From Octopus bimaculoides (Eukaryota), in contig NC_068984.1 of the NCBI RefSeq assembly GCF_001194135.2, forward strand, positions 107,303,301 through 107,353,133: a stretch of DNA of 49,833 nt. Direction: 5' to 3'. The translations under genes were made by a program, and so were the position numbers. Under the pieces are notes generated by a model, which worked only from the letters and a program-made list of their open reading frames with translations, searched no databases and was not told where the DNA came from. Shown in pieces: positions 12,201 to 24,419 of this stretch. Positions within the stretch are counted from its first letter, which is position 1. Each line of letters opens with the position of its first letter.

Positions 12201-13014
12201 AAGAATTCCTATTTAAGACTTCAATCTTAATTTTATACAAGAACCTTTTATCAAGTTTTGTTCCTAACAGCTACATAATGAAAAAAAAAATAGTTTCCCC
12301 ACTGCATGGTACTGTGCGCAAGTGTCTCCTACTACAACTCCAGGCTATAGCCTTGTAAATACAAATAGTATTGTCCATTTCCATGAGAACACATTTGATT
12401 ATGGAGAAATATTACCTTGCTAGGAAAAAAATGAGTTAACATGATCTTTAAGAGTGATGTATTTAGCAAAGAAAATTGATACTTAATTGAAATTTAGCAT
12501 TAAAATATTGATGCATAATTAAAATTTAAATTGAATTTATTTAAAAGTTGTGTTTATCCAAATTCTCAGGAGTGTTGAATTAGGTTAATCAGAAAACTAC
12601 TTTAAATGCATTAGGACAGAGAGAAACACCAAGAAAAAGATGAAGAACAAATAAACAGTAACTAATTAAGTTCCTGATCATATCTGTGTTTACGGCATAT
12701 CGTTATTGAAGACCAGGTCAACCCCGAGCATGCACAATCCATCATGACCACCCCATCTTTATAGCTTATCTAGGAATAAATTAGACAATGTGTCCCTTCT
12801 TTCTAAAGACACTAGAGTAGGATTTGAGTGAGATCTAGCTATTATTTCTTACAGGTTTAGCAACCACGTTGAGACTTACTCAATAATTAAAATGTTTCAG
12901 TAACCACATAATGTAATACCTAGAGCAAGAAAAATGTTTATTGATGTTCGTCACATATCTTGTAATTGCACTAGTATTCCTTAAAAATCTTTATTTTATT
13001 AGTTTATGTAATTA

Positions 13015-13028
13015 GTTGCCATGGAAAC
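13015..13028. promoter_or_regulatory. Candidate RFX X-box GTTGCCATGGAAAC
   Basis: One mismatch from the palindrome GTTGCCATGGCAAC, and it fits GTHNYYATRRNAAC. Lies in an intron of a ciliary gene. Confidence 0.4.
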
Positions 13029-14949
13029 TTCCAGTATTGACCATAAAAATGTATTTTACATGTGTTGTTAGTAACTTTTCATGCGCAATTTTAATTATGA
13101 TCACTAACTGAAGGTTTTTGTGTTTTTTTTTAATTAATTTAATTGATTCAAGACTGATACACAAACTAGACAACTCTCAAGTACCATATATGAACTTGAA
13201 AGTTTTCTCTCAAATAATTTGGATAATATTGAGAGAAGTTTAAATTTTATTATAGATGACAAAAACATTAATATTTCTGAATAAATATGAAATTAGATAG
13301 GAAGAAATTTATATAAACTCTTAACCAATGTTAGTTACAGTTATGGCTGTGTGCTTAACAAATTCACCTTGAAATCATGTGGTTTCAGTTTCAATCCCAA
13401 TGTGCAGAACCTTGGGCAAGTGTCTCAGGCTAACCAATGCTTTGTGAGTGGATTGATAAATGGGAACTGTGTTTGTGTGTGTATGTGTTTCCGTGTCCAT
13501 GTTTTTTTTCTCATCAGCTGACAACCAGTATTGGTTTGTTTACATCCCCATGAATTAGCAATTCAGCAATAAGAGACCAAAACAATAAAGCACCAACCTT
13601 AAAAATAAATATGCTGGGGTCAATTTCAGCAACTAAACCCTGTGCATGGCCACAGTTTGTTGGCTAAAACAAGTGAAAGAATGAAAGAACGCATCATCAT
13701 CATCATCATCATCATCATTCAACATTCATCTTCCATGCTGGCTTTGGTTAGATGGTTTGACAGGAGGTGGCAAGCTGTAGAACTGCACCAGGTTATCATT
13801 GTCTGTTTTGGCATCGTTTCTACAGTTGGATGCCCTTCCTAATGCCTCACAAGAATTAAAGAGAAGATAAAAATAAATTTGTTTTAAATATAGTCTCCAC
13901 TACTGTTATTTCTAGCGGTCAAAACATACCATGGAACTTGAAATATGATTTTAAAGAAGACCTGTAAAAATTAACTAATGTGAACTACTAGAAGTAGCAG
14001 TCATTAAAAGAAACTTATGTATAGTTAACCTGGGGCTAACATACTTATTGTAGTAAGTGAAAATAGAAAAAAAGCACTTAATTGATTAAAACTATGTTTG
14101 TAGTAAGGTAAATTATAGTAATTACTGTAATGAATAATTCTGACGAAGGAGGGTAAAGTAATTTCAAAATATCAAAATCTCTTTTAAATGAGGTGAACAT
14201 GATTGTATGGTTAAGAAATTTTATTTTGCAATCATGTGGTTTTGAGTTTGAGTTCAGTGACACTACTTGGCAACTTCAACAAGTAATTTCTACAATAGCC
14301 CTGGGCTAACCAAAAACTTGTGAGTGGATTTTGGAAGGACCTAGATTTTTTTGTGAATACAATCACAGACACAAGTGAGACAAACATTTATGTGATTACA
14401 CTGTCTAACAAAATTTTTATTTTATCATTTTATTTTTTATTTTTGTTTTTGGTTAGTAAATGTTATTTCCTATTTAATTCTATCTGGAAATCAGAGAAAA
14501 TGATTGCTATTCTTTTCAAACTTTGCTTTTGTGACCTAGACATCAATGTTTTGAAACTTACCTCTTTTCCATTACATTTCAGACAGATCCAGCACTGAGA
14601 TGCTGAAGCAGAAATTTTGTTAAAGCAAATATTCTGCTCAATACCACAGATTTGCTTGTCAGCTGCTTAACCATAACCACTTGAGCATATCCATTAGTGG
14701 CTGATAATATGTGCATCTCTGATGATGGGCAGGAGTAGTGGGGGAGCATCATAGCCTTATGTTGAGAAGGATTCTTTGGGGTTTCAATAAATGTAACAAA
14801 AGTAAAGTTTGAAAGAAATATTAGCCATTTTTCATACTTTCTAGGAGTAAGCAAAAGGGAAATAACAGTTGCTACCCAAGGTAAAAAATCATGTTACACA
14901 GGGTTATGAATACTAAAGAATCACTCCTGTTTTCCTATAACAATACATA

Positions 14950-15357
14950 GGCGTAGGAGTGGCTGTGTGGTAAGTAGCTTGCTTACCAACCACATGGTTC
15001 TGGGTTCAGTCCCACTGCGTGGCACCTTGGGCAAGTGTCTTCTACTATAGCCTCAGGCCGACCAAAGCCTTGTGAGTGGATTTGGTAGACGGAAACTGAA
15101 AGAAGCCCGTTGTATATATGTATATATATGTATGCATGTGTGTGTATATGTTTGTGTGTCTGTGTTTGTCCCCCCAGCATCGCTTGACAACCGATGCTGG
15201 TGTGTTTACGTCCCCGTAAACTTAGTGGTTCGGCAAAAGAGACCGATAGAATAAGTACCAGGCTTCCAAAGAATAAGTCCTGGGGTCGATTTGCTCAACT
15301 AAAAAGGCGGTGCTCCAGCATGGCCACAGTCGAATGACTGAAACAAGTAAAAGAGTA
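14950..15357 (+). mobile_element. Near full-length family A SINE (tRNA-like head, CORE-like block, central (TA/TG)n, 3' tail)
   Basis: ggcgtaggagtggctgtgtggtaagtagcttgc...gggttcagtcccactgcgtggcaccttgggcaagtgtct...ggtgctccagcatggccacagtc...acaagtaaaagag. Many other copies occur in the window. Confidence 0.9.
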
Positions 15358-15659
15358 GGTTAAGAAAGTGAGGGACAAATGTTTGATATGTCTTGGGAGC
15401 ATATGATGAAGCACAGGTAAGAGAAATTATCGGACTCTGTGTTCTAGATTAATTGAGAATAAGGTTTCCTGAAATGGATTACAGTTTGTATTATAATGAT
15501 GGCCTGATTCTAATGAAAAGTGGCTATTAGTTAGATTTAGAGAAAATGTGATTATAGTATTTCAAGAAATAGGACTTAGTATTACCATAGATATAAAGCG
15601 CATAGCCATTAATTTTCTAGGCACAACACTGAGACTGAATAATGGGTTCAAATTTTACC

Positions 15660-15860
15660 ACAAGGGCAGCCATTTTGGGAGAGGGGATAAGTTGATTACA
15701 TCAACCCCAGTATTTAACTGGTACTTAATTTATTGACCTTGAAAGGATGAACAGTAAAGTCGACCTCAGCGAAATTTGAACTCAGAACATAACAACAGGC
15801 GAAATACCACTAAGCATTTTGTCTGGCACGCTAATAATTCTGCCAGCTCACCACCTTGGC
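15660..15860 (-). mobile_element. Family B (Nin-type) tRNA-derived SINE
   Basis: Reverse complement of ggtggtgagctggcagaat...ttctgagttcaaatttcgctgaggtcgactt...aagtaccagtt...ggggttgatgtaatc. Confidence 0.8.
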
Positions 15861-16684
15861 TGAGACTGAATAATAATAGTTGTAGACCAGTCAAAATTAT
15901 GTATTATGTATAACTTGTTTTCAAACATACAACTTGTCTAATTTTCTGAATATTTGTGAAAATTAAATGTTTAGTGCAGTATTTTTTTTTATTGTGAGAT
16001 ACACTTTTTAAGTCCTTGTCTGTTATAGTTAATAATCATGTTCATATTTTATATTAATGTATCATTGTCTTATTTTGCTGTTACTTATTGTTTACATTAC
16101 ATTTTACTAAAATAAGATTAATATTGTATTACAAAAAAAAAATGCATTATATTCTCAAACAAATAAAATTATTTTTACATTATCTTAAATAGCTTTTATT
16201 CTGTATATATTGGTGAAAATAATAAAAATTTTAATAAAATTAAAACATGGGGAAGTATTTACCGATAAGAAGTGATTATATGAAAACATCACAAAAAAAA
16301 AAGAAAACCCTTCTTTTGGTCCAAAGTTGTAGACAGCTTATTCTGTGTTTTAAGTTTATGGAGATGTAAGGATCACAAGAGATTTAGCGTTATACATACT
16401 GTCCTTTAGCTGTTATTTAAACAAGTAAAAATAGGATTAAAACAAGGATTTTTCAGATAATAATACTTCTGTGATCAAATTTGGTTTGAGACAAAATTGG
16501 CTGTATAAGAAAAAAATCAATGTGTGCATGATGTCATGCCAAACTAAAATGAAAGCAGCTTTTTTCTTTTCTAATGTATGTTTACATCATCTTTGAAAGT
16601 TATTTATGTCTGGTCTTTTCTAATATAGCTTTTTAATGCGTGCTTACATTAACTTTAAAATTATTCATGTTTTGTGTTTTACAG

Positions 16685-16771
16685 CAATTCTCGAGATGTT
16701 AACAACAAATTGGCAGAAGAAAGAAATGAATGTATAGCTCAATGCCACAATCTTTCACAAGCAACAACAAA
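16685..16771 (+). CDS. TSNAXIP1: TSNAXIP1-like exon: (N)NSRDVNNKLAEERNECIAQCHNLSQATT
   Basis: ttttaCAG acceptor and AA|GTATAT donor. 87 nt, phase 2 to phase 2. Aligns to recalled human TLKERDQFFSELQEIQRTST. Confidence 0.75.
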
Positions 16772-17303
16772 GTATATAAATATATACATATATACATATC
16801 TATGTTTCTACTTATGAATGAATCTGCTTTTTATTCTTTCCATGTAAATGTTTTATTGTATTACATCAAATAATTTTGATATTATCAATGCAGAAATTTT
16901 ATTTGGCATTTTCTCAAAAATTTCCTGTTAAAGTTTGGTTCTGTAGTTAATTTTTGCCATGGTTCTACCTCATAATTGCCAGTTATTGTAACTGTGGTTT
17001 ATTTTTAATTTTCTGCCTCGAATCAATACTTTGCATTAGAAGATCTCTAAGCTTGAAAATGGAAGATCAAAGCTTTTGAGACTAACTTACAGAATATATC
17101 TCATTGATATATATATTTATATATATATATATATATATATAGTGTAAACAGTGTTAGCAGTTATAGTAACCGACTAAGGGATAAAATATCTGTATATCCT
17201 ATCGGCATCCGTTACCTGTAATATTCCCAGGCATTGGTGTGCAGGCACACCATACACATAGAGTGCAGATAACAACAGGATAAACAAGAGTTTATCAGGA
17301 ACC

Positions 17304-17521
17304 AATGCAAATAATTAGAAAATGGAGAAAACGACAGATTAACAAGCACATCAGTTGGACCACATTTATAGCTTATTTTTTAATACAAAGCATGACATAG
17401 CAAATAGGTGACATAACATATTGTGTTGTCACTTTTCAATTTTAAAAAATAAGTTATAAATGTGATCCAATCGATGTGTTTGTTAATCCGTGGTTTTCTC
17501 CATTTTCTAATTATTTGCATT
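17304..17521. repeat. 218 bp foldback (inverted repeat with ~80 bp arms), MITE-like
   Basis: aatgcaaataattagaaaatggagaaaac...ttattttttaa (17304-17384) pairs with 17441-17521. An inner hairpin gtgacataaca/tgtgttgtcac lies in the loop. Confidence 0.85.
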
Positions 17522-18489
17522 ATATATATACTAGTTTGTCATGGGAGTATTCTATACACTATGTATGTCGTTATATTAATCAATGTCAGGTCATGTTAAG
17601 ATGCAGGACAATAGGAAAAGCATTTTCATCATCATTGTTTTCATCACTATGTTTGCCATCATTATCATTTATAGTCCATGTGACATTAATTTTTGCTTGA
17701 TTAAGTTTATTGAATAGTAATTAACAAAAGGGGGTATGTTATTTCTTATTTCATTAAGGAGTGGAATGTTCAAGGTCCATGTTCTATGCTGACATAAGTA
17801 AGACAGTTTGACCAGATCCACAGACTGCATTGTGTTCCAGTGTCTACTTCAGCATGGTGTAATGGTTGGATGCCCTTTCTAACATCAACCACTTTACAGC
17901 ATGAACTGGATGATTTTTGTTACATGGCACCAACATTAATGATGTGGCCATGTATTTGAAAGACTAAGACACCCTTTGACTAAATGGGGCTATGTTGACA
18001 GAGAGGCATCTTTTTGCTTGGAGATGACGGGTTAAAGTATGAGAGAAGAGGGCCATCGTATAAGATGTTTCTTGTTGTAGGTTTCTTGCCCTAAGAGGTG
18101 CAGGATAAATGGATAAATGCTTTACTCATACATACACACACACTCACACACATACAACACACAGTAAGAAAGAATCTTAAAAACAAAGAAGAAAGAGAGA
18201 GAGTAAATGACAGTTGTTATGAGAAAGGTTATACTAATGACAAATTGGTTTTAATTAATTTTATTCTGAAGTAATTAATATTTGTCTTTTGAAAATTTAT
18301 GTTAATTTCATCATGTTTCTATAAGCACCAGAAAATTTGATAAAAGTTGAATTATAATAATTATATGTATGCATATTTCCTGATTTTACCCATGATGACA
18401 AAAGTATATACTTCTCAACTTACCCACTGTATGACAAATAACACTCTAATATCAACATAATTTTTTAATCTATTTTTTCCATTTTGCAG

Positions 18490-18634
18490 TCTTCCATGGC
18501 AGAAGTCTCTTGATTACACAACACTTATAATAGAAGATAATAAAAACACTCATGAACAATTATTGAAGATTTTGGAACAAATGAAGCAAAATGGAGCTAG
18601 GATGAATCAAATTACTCTTCCCTTTAAAGGAAAG
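18490..18634 (+). CDS. TSNAXIP1: TSNAXIP1-like exon: (N)LPWQKSLDYTTLIIEDNKNTHEQLLKILEQMKQNGARMNQITLPFKGK
   Basis: Long pyrimidine tract + ttttgCAG acceptor and AAG|GTTAGC donor. 145 nt, phase 2 to phase 0. Confidence 0.75.
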
Positions 18635-19792
18635 GTTAGCTTGAAAATGTTTAACTTTGTCTTTTTTTATGCATAAGATACAAAAATATAGTGAGTTATG
18701 AGAAAAATTCTTGGGTAATAACTGAGAGAAATTTTATCATGAACATACTGTTACAATTAAATGAAACCTTTTATGATTTATTATAGAAAATAAAATGTTA
18801 GCCACAGTAATTGGAAGACACAAATTTGTCAGTAATTTAACCAGGAATTTAATTTATCCTTTATCATTTATCTGTTTCAGACTTTGGACTGCAACCATGC
18901 TGGAGCACCACTCTTTAGTGTTCTAGCCAAACAAATCATCCCTGTACTTAATTTTCCTTTTACAAGTTTAGTACATATCAGTCTCTTTTGTCAAATAACT
19001 AAGTTATGAGGACATAAACAAACCAACATCAGCTGCCAAGTGGTAATGGAGGACAAACAAAGACACACACACACACACATTTATACAATTAGCTTCTTTA
19101 CAGTTTCAGTCTACCAAACTCATTCACAAGACATTGGTCAGCTTGAAGTTACAGTAGAAGACCCTTTGCCAAGGTGCCATGTAGTGGGACTGAACCCAAA
19201 ACCATATGGTTTCACAGCCATGGTACATTAGATACTTCTTGCTAATATTACTGTGGTATGTAAATGAGCCCCTTAGGATGTTAATATTTCCTAGGGCTTA
19301 TGAAACCTGTCCAAAATTAAACTGAACTTTTTTCGATTAATTTGATAAGGACTTTTCACCTTCAAATCAAGAAGTGCACTCACTTTAACATGTAATGTAG
19401 ATTCATTACTCTCTGGTCTAGCATGATGTGGCTGTTATTAGACTAAATGTCAAGATCCCCCCACACACACAACATTTCAGTCGCAAACACACTGCATTGG
19501 TTTGTTGGTTGGCTAGTTGCTTGCTTGCCTGCTTGGCACAGTGATTAAATGTTTAGTTATGTTTTTGGACAGGCCACAGAGTATTATTAATCTAACAACA
19601 TTTTTTTTTGTTTTCATAAAGTCTAAAATATAAAGAGATAACCATAAAAGATTTATTTCCAAAGAATACAAACTTTATCTTTATTATATGCATGTGTGTG
19701 TTTGTGTGTGTGTGTGTGTGTGCATGTGCGTGTGTGTGTGTGTGTGTATGTGTGTGTGTGTGTGTGCACGTGTGTGTAGAATGAAGTAATCC

Positions 19793-20020
19793 TAAAGCTT
19801 ACTCTTTTACTCACTTTTACTCTTTTACTTGTTTCAGTCATTTGACTGCGGCCATGCTGGAGCACCGCCTTCAGTCAAGCAAATAGACCCCAGGACTTAT
19901 TCTTTGGAAGCCTAGTACTTATTCTATCAGTCTCTTTTGCCGAACCATTAAGTTACGGGGACGTAAACACACCACCATCAGTTGTCAAGCGATGTTGGGG
20001 GGACAAACACAGACACACAA

Positions 20021-20085
<65 letters not shown>

Positions 20086-20260
20086 CATATATGCGACGGG
20101 CTTCTTTCAGTTTCCGTCCACCAAATCCACTCACAACGCTTTGGTCGGCCCGAGGCTATAGTAGAAGACACTTGCTCAAGGTGCCATGCAGTGGGAATGA
20201 ACTCGGAACCATGTGGTTGGTAAGCAAGCTACTTATCACATAGCCACTTCTGCGCTTGTG
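19793..20260 (-). mobile_element. Near full-length family A SINE
   Basis: Reverse complement of the 14950 element, with a long central (CA)n(TA)n. Confidence 0.9.
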
Positions 20261-20935
20261 TAGGATTCCTATTGAAATTATGTGTGAGAGAAAGTCAAGT
20301 TTATCAAACCATTTAGAAAGCAAAGAGATGTATATAGGTTGAAAGTTTGCACAAAATAAAGATGAAATCTTTTGATTTATGTAAAATATAGGTGAAGGTT
20401 GTTGATTGTTCTGGAAGAATTTTACACATTTGAAATATTTCAATAAATTACTGTTTGAATGCAATAAAATGTAGAGAAGAAGAAAAAAAATAATGAAGTT
20501 GTAGTGAGCAGTTATGAAACTTTTCTAACCATAGAATCTTTGTATAGCAAGTATCTTAAACTGTTGTTATCTAAAAATGATTTCCTTTCATACAAACAGT
20601 TTCTCTGTTGCTTACAAGAAACTTTCACTAAACATAAATTATACAAAGCTTGGCATTCTATGCCACTATGTAGATAGTTGTTGTTGTCATATGAACAATC
20701 TAACATGTGAAATGGACATATATAAATAAAATAAGAAACACATGAAAATAAATACATCACATCTGAATTTCAAAGCTTTTGGGAGATATATCTGAAAATG
20801 CGATATTACTATGAGCTGTATCTGGAATAATTCTATTAATTAGAAGACTTGGCGAATAATGGGAATGGTAACAGTTATCATAATGAATACAGGAAAATAA
20901 CTGTAAAAGATACATGTGTATACAATCATATTTAA

Positions 20936-20990
20936 GTTTTTAACATTCAGATTACTCTGTCAAATGCAATGCTTATTCATTCACATTTTA
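20936..20990 (+). mobile_element. 5' fragment of the piggyBac-like MITE, abutting the Penelope-like element
   Basis: TTAA + ...cattcagattactctgtcaaatgcaatgcttatt, essentially the same as the start of the 29752 MITE. Confidence 0.65.
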
Positions 20991-21830
20991 CCGATGTATA
21001 GAGGACAGAGGGAGCAGGAGATGCAGTAGATGATGTTGCTAGAAGTGCAGGTGAAGGAGTCAGTGATATGATAGGGTCGATGATGGGTGCCTGTGAGGAG
21101 GGTAGTGTTGGAGAGGTAAGGGCAAGTGTGGCAGCATAGGTGGGAGCAGGGGAACAAGCTGGGCTGGGAGGTTGGGTTAGGGAAGAAGCTGTGGACCAAG
21201 AGGTCTCGTAGGTTGTGGGCTCATTTGAAGGAGGGCAGGGGTCGGTCAGGGAAGATGTGCGAAGTGGAGGGGTCGGACTGGAGTCGCCAGAAGGCTCGGA
21301 GAATGGTACGTTGGAGAGGTGGGGTGGTGGGGTNNNNNNNNNNCTGGCAAGGGCAGTGTGAATAGTGGTGAGGGTATATCCACGTAGGATGAAGTGGCAA
21401 GCCATGAGTTGCGATTGAGTTTCAAAGTCATGGTTGTCACTGCAGAGGCTGTGTAGACGGAAGTATTGAGAATAGGGGATGGAGAGCTTTGTGGGTTTAG
21501 GGTGGGAGGAGGAGAAGTTGAGGTATGAGTGTGAGTCTGTGTGTTTGTAGTGGATGGAGGTGATGAGAGTTGAATGATGAATACTGACCGAAATGTCAAA
21601 AAAGGCAACTGAGATGTCGGAAATAGTGCAAGAGGAGAAGTGGAGGGGAGGATGGAAAGATTTGACAAAAGAGAGGAAAGAGTCTAGATGTTCGTGGGAG
21701 AATGAGGTTGCACCAATACAGTCGTCAATATAACAACTGTATTGTTCAAGAGTGGGACCAGTGAAACTTGAGAATATTTGAGCCTCAATGTAACCAACGA
21801 ACAGGTTCGCATAGTTGGGGCCCATTCTCG
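20990..21830 (-). mobile_element. Penelope-like element: RT C-terminal half, linker and GIY-YIG start
   Basis: MGPNYANLFVGYIE...CYIDDCIG...FFDISV...IHYKHTDSHSYLNFSSSHP...SIPYSQYFRL. In a second frame: C..CHTCPYL...FTCTSSNIIYCISCSLCPLYIG. This is the PLE RT/thumb followed by the Zn-linker and GIY-YIG. Confidence 0.9.
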
Positions 21831-21889
<59 letters not shown>

Positions 21890-21920
21890 GTGTATATATA
21901 TATATATGTANNNNNNNNNN

Positions 21921-21957
<37 letters not shown>

Positions 21958-22861
21958 CATCGATTTCTCTCTGTCTCTCTGTCTTCCACTCTAAAAAGCA
22001 TTGTGATTGAATTATATCGGCAGAAACTGAAAGAAGTTATCATGTGTGTGGGTATGTGTTTGCATCTTCTTGTTTTGACATCACACGGTAGTTGTAAATG
22101 AGTGTCACTGCCATACAAGCGGTATCATTTACAATGTTCTACAAAAATATTTCTGGTCATGGGGAAATTATTATCTTGCTTGGAAACAAGTGAGGGTTGG
22201 TGACAGGAAGGGTATCAGCTGTAGAAAATGTTCATCCATAATCACTGATTGGTGCTGATACTACTATTTTTATTCCAGCCAGGTGGACGACAAGTGCAAC
22301 TCAGTCACTGATGTTGACTGGTTTTTAATTAAAGTTACACCTTTGAATCTGCCCAGGGTTTCTTCTCATCAGTATTTCGCATTGAGGAAAACTAAAGAGC
22401 CAGAAACATACATTTTGGAATCAGCTAGAAGTACTGAGCAGATCTGGTGTTTTTATGTTTTTTACCATAAGAGAATTTTTTCTTTACAGTAACTATTGTG
22501 AATTTGCCTTTAGAAGCTAAAATATCTCACAACATCATATTTCAACTAAAATTTAGTTCACTTATTCTTAATCACTGCTTGGCAGTGATGCTGAATGTAT
22601 GTGTATGTGTGTGTAGTTTATATATATTATATAAATATTATTTAATGAAAAAAGTTTTATTTGGAATCAATTGATTTGCAACAATTGTAATTGGTTTTAT
22701 ATTGTCTACATTTAACATTGTCAGAGACAAAGTATTAAATACATTTATTAATTTACTTTTTTCAATATGCTGCATTGTGATAGTTTACATTATTCTTCTT
22801 ATATTCATATAATAATGTTTCAAATGTCTGTTAATGTCTCATTTATTTTAAACATTGAAAG

Positions 22862-22990
22862 GGTTTTGACAAAAGTGTTCCAATTTTTCTGCGGCATGAG
22901 GGAAAAGTATTCAACAGAGCAATGAGCAGAAGGGAGTGTGCTCTCCTGATTAACTCAATTTGGAAAGAGAGAATAAATGATCCTAATAAG
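22862..22990 (+). CDS. TSNAXIP1: TSNAXIP1-like exon: GFDKSVPIFLRHEGKVFNRAMSRRECALLINSIWKERINDPNK
   Basis: AAG acceptor with a weak tract and AAG|GTTTGT donor. 129 nt, phase 0/0. Matches recalled human GYGEAIPAFLRFDGLVENKKPSKKDVVNLLKDAWKERL. Confidence 0.88.
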
Positions 22991-24000
22991 GTTTGTTTAA
23001 TTTCATTTGTAACTAGATCTGTTCAAATGTCTTAATTATGAACATTGATATCAATTATAGTTCATGGCTTTGGTAAAATATGTATAGGCACAGACAGACA
23101 TGTCCAGATTAACTAGACAATGTTATAGCTGCATATTCTTTAACAAAATGTTTCATAGGTTTAGTTTAAATGAATTAGTGATAAAGATAATATCATCTTA
23201 TCAGTATAATACTATACAACTCTGTAGACATCTTTGATGTTTATTTTGTCTTTTTAGAAGAATTTGGCTAAATCCAGCCTCTTGTGAGCCAGACACAGTC
23301 AATAAATAGCTACCAGTAATTCAAGAACTCAGTTCACAAGATACAATTTAGTATTTAGACATTTAATTATAGTTCATTTAATTTTATTGGCTCATAAATT
23401 GTGAAAATCTGGGTGGAATTAGGTAGAATTCAACATGTTAGGTTTAAATTATCTCAAAAAGTATTTTGTGTTGTAGAGTGATTATTATTAAGTTATTAGC
23501 TCACTTTTAATTGAGTGATTATTATTAAGTTATTAGCTCACTTTTAATTGATTTTAATTTAATTTTATCAGCTTATAAATAGGTGACAGTCTGAGTGGAA
23601 TTAGATTGTGTTTAAGGATGAAGGTTTAAATTATCTTGAAAAGCAATTTGTGTTGTAGAGCTTAAGAAGTAATTATTAGTAAGTCGTTATCTCAATTTTT
23701 ACATCAAATATTCTGGGTTTGGATGAGTAATAATATTTATCTATTTGGTTTGATATCTCGCTGTCAGTATAATTTGAATATATTGTTATAGGAATTAACA
23801 CTTAGAAAATGAGAATCTGGTGGCAATGATTAAAATCTAACTTTATTGGTGATATGTGACAATTGAGTGACTTGTTTAGAGGTTCCTGCTTTACCTACTC
23901 TTATTGTATTCAAAGGGAAAGTTTGATATCATAATAATTCAAAATGCATGCTGCAGCTGTGAATGACTGGGAATTAAAGGTCAAATCATAAACACTAGAG

Positions 24001-24180
24001 CAATAGTTCTCAACCAGGGTTCATATGGCTCCTGGAAGTCCATATAAGATTTTTGGGGGTCCATAGAAACAAAATAGTAAATTAGGGATCCACAAGTGGT
24101 ATTTTTAGGGTCCATGAAAAAAATTGATTAAGATATGTTTATTGCAAGAAGCAGCTAGGTTTTTTTCTATAATGTTTTAC
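24001..24180 (+). mobile_element. hAT (Charlie-like) MITE, one end only
   Basis: ctagag|caatagttctcaaccagggttc... is a CAGTGGTTCTCAACC-type TIR. Same family as the 32758-34778 element. Confidence 0.6.
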
Positions 24181-24419
24181 ATGAAGGCATTATATTTACC
24201 TCTCTAAAAATATATGGCAATTGTGATTAGCTGCTAGTAGATATCCAGAGTGAAGGAGTAGATATAAACTCTTTACATTGTATACAACATAAATTTTGGA
24301 TACACTAGGTATGTAATAGGATTGCAGGTAGACTAACAGAGAAGGTGAGAGGAGGCAGTGCAATGATGATGATGATGCTCATGGTGGTGGTGGTGGTGGT
24401 GGTGGCAGTAGCAGTGGTG

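Noticed and set aside
12880-12919. 40-nt minus-strand exon-like segment (good acceptor, GTAAGT donor) near the X-box
   Set aside because: Stops in all frames, and the donor lies at the decayed end of a repeat; chance is likely.
14140-14175. CTGACGA...CAAAA hammerhead-like string, and a similar minus-strand CTGATGA near 22365
   Set aside because: No GAAA and no convincing stems I or II.
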